NCBI GenBank assembly: GCA_051362555.1
Contig: CM120644.1
Coordinates: 2,798,954-2,862,953 of the forward strand
Origin: Lingula anatina
Taxonomy: Eukaryota > Animalia > Brachiopoda
Reading direction: 5' to 3'
Length of the DNA: 64,000 nt
Each line of letters opens with the position of its first letter. The first letter of the stretch is position 1. The position numbers and the translations under genes are program-made. The notes under the pieces are model-generated. The model worked only from the letters and a program-made list of their open reading frames with translations. It made no database searches and was not told the DNA's origin. Positions 63,389-64,000 of the stretch are shown here, piece after piece.

Positions 63389-63979
63389 CTTCATTGGGGA
63401 GGAATAATGAAACCTGTGGCAAACATAAAAGACTAAAGTGGCCTCAAAACAATATTTAGGTTTTGAAAGCCAGTAACTCAATAAAATGATCAGTAAGTAC
63501 AAAAATGAACATGGACGGGGGATATGTTTAGTCAACAATTTCAAGTGTTCTAGTAATGGAAAAATTACTGTCACTTAGAAATTAAATTTATCGACCCATT
63601 TCAAGAATGATAATATTTTGTGAAACTGACAGTACAAAAAAAATTTGTTTTACAAAGAAATGGATTAAGAAATCAAAATATTGTAACATATCAAAGAAAA
63701 AGGGGGTGGGGGAAGGACTGGCTTTACACGAAATGAGGCTTACTTCCATTCAAGTTCAATTCAAAGCAATCCACTTCAATTAAACATTCACCCTGTGTCT
63801 GTATTAATAAAAAGTGAGTACTCTGCACTCTACTCACCCCCAGCAAATGTCACAGCCACAGCCTTTTGACTGTGTCCATGAGAGTTCATAGCATACAAGG
63901 TGTATTCAACTGCATCATCCTTGGAAACAGAACTGATGGTTAGGGTGATTTTCTTGCCCACATTTTTTCCCGTCAAATC
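60433..63979 (-). CDS. 3' end (last three coding exons seen) of an immunoglobulin-domain, probably GPI-anchored cell-surface protein; gene continues beyond the window
   Basis: Exons 63979-63838 (DLTGKNVGKKITLTISSVSKDDAVEYTLYAMNSHGHSQKAVAVTFAG, Ig E-F-G strand pattern), 63005-62934 (Ser/Thr/Pro-rich) and 60509-60433 (VSMASHIGGNIFLLASSLLLLFVR*). GT-AG sites and phases (1,1) are consistent. Confidence 0.72.
60643..60885. mobile_element. MITE-like repeat; inverted sister copy at ~62062-62291
   Basis: Internal inverted repeat GGGGAGTCTCACTAAATTGCTATC/GATAGCAATTTAGTGAGACTCCCC. AGGGACCATTCCCACAGATATTTG at 60645 is inverted at ~62268-62290. Confidence 0.7.
61320..61675. mobile_element. Possible MITE
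   Basis: CAGACATGCTGACACTGTT (61326) is inverted as AATAGTTTTCAGCATGTCTG (~61648-61667). Confidence 0.55.
62062..62291. mobile_element. MITE-like repeat, inverted relative to 60643-60885
   Basis: GATCGATCCATCTGGATC and AAATTGCTATCAGCTTAA blocks are shared with the 60.7-kb copy. Confidence 0.7.
63344..63384. repeat. (GA)n microsatellite
   Basis: Direct reading. Confidence 0.95.
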
Positions 63980-64000
63980 CTAAAAGGAATAGCAATAATA

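Noticed and set aside
63197-63574. 125-aa minus-strand ORF with LSLSLS run
   Set aside because: It is an intronic frame through a (GA)n microsatellite.

Overview
AT-rich animal genomic DNA (spliced genes; the repeat families suggest an invertebrate, probably lophotrochozoan/mollusc, genome), split into two halves. 1-42.7 kb is almost entirely mobile DNA: nested Helentron/HINE-type elements with internal tandem repeats (1-5881, ~9790-11728); a minus-strand Gypsy-type gag (one premature stop, CCHC knuckle) followed by a decayed protease and ~1.3 kb of non-coding DNA with two arrays of covarying structured repeats; and a 24-kb, near-identical 8-unit tandem array (L L S L S L S L; ~3.31 and ~2.49 kb units). 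Each array unit combines an antisense Tx1/L1 LINE relic, a Gypsy gag-protease piece and a complete 631-bp HINE, and the last unit runs on into the rest of the degraded Gypsy pol (RT, RNase H, integrase; solo LTR inserted). 43-64 kb is host gene space on the minus strand: two intact tandem 7-coding-exon MRH-domain (M6PR/ATG27-like) membrane protein paralogs, the last three coding exons of a probable GPI-anchored Ig-domain protein, and several MITEs. All gene models and alignments were read by eye; no database search or folding computation was run.
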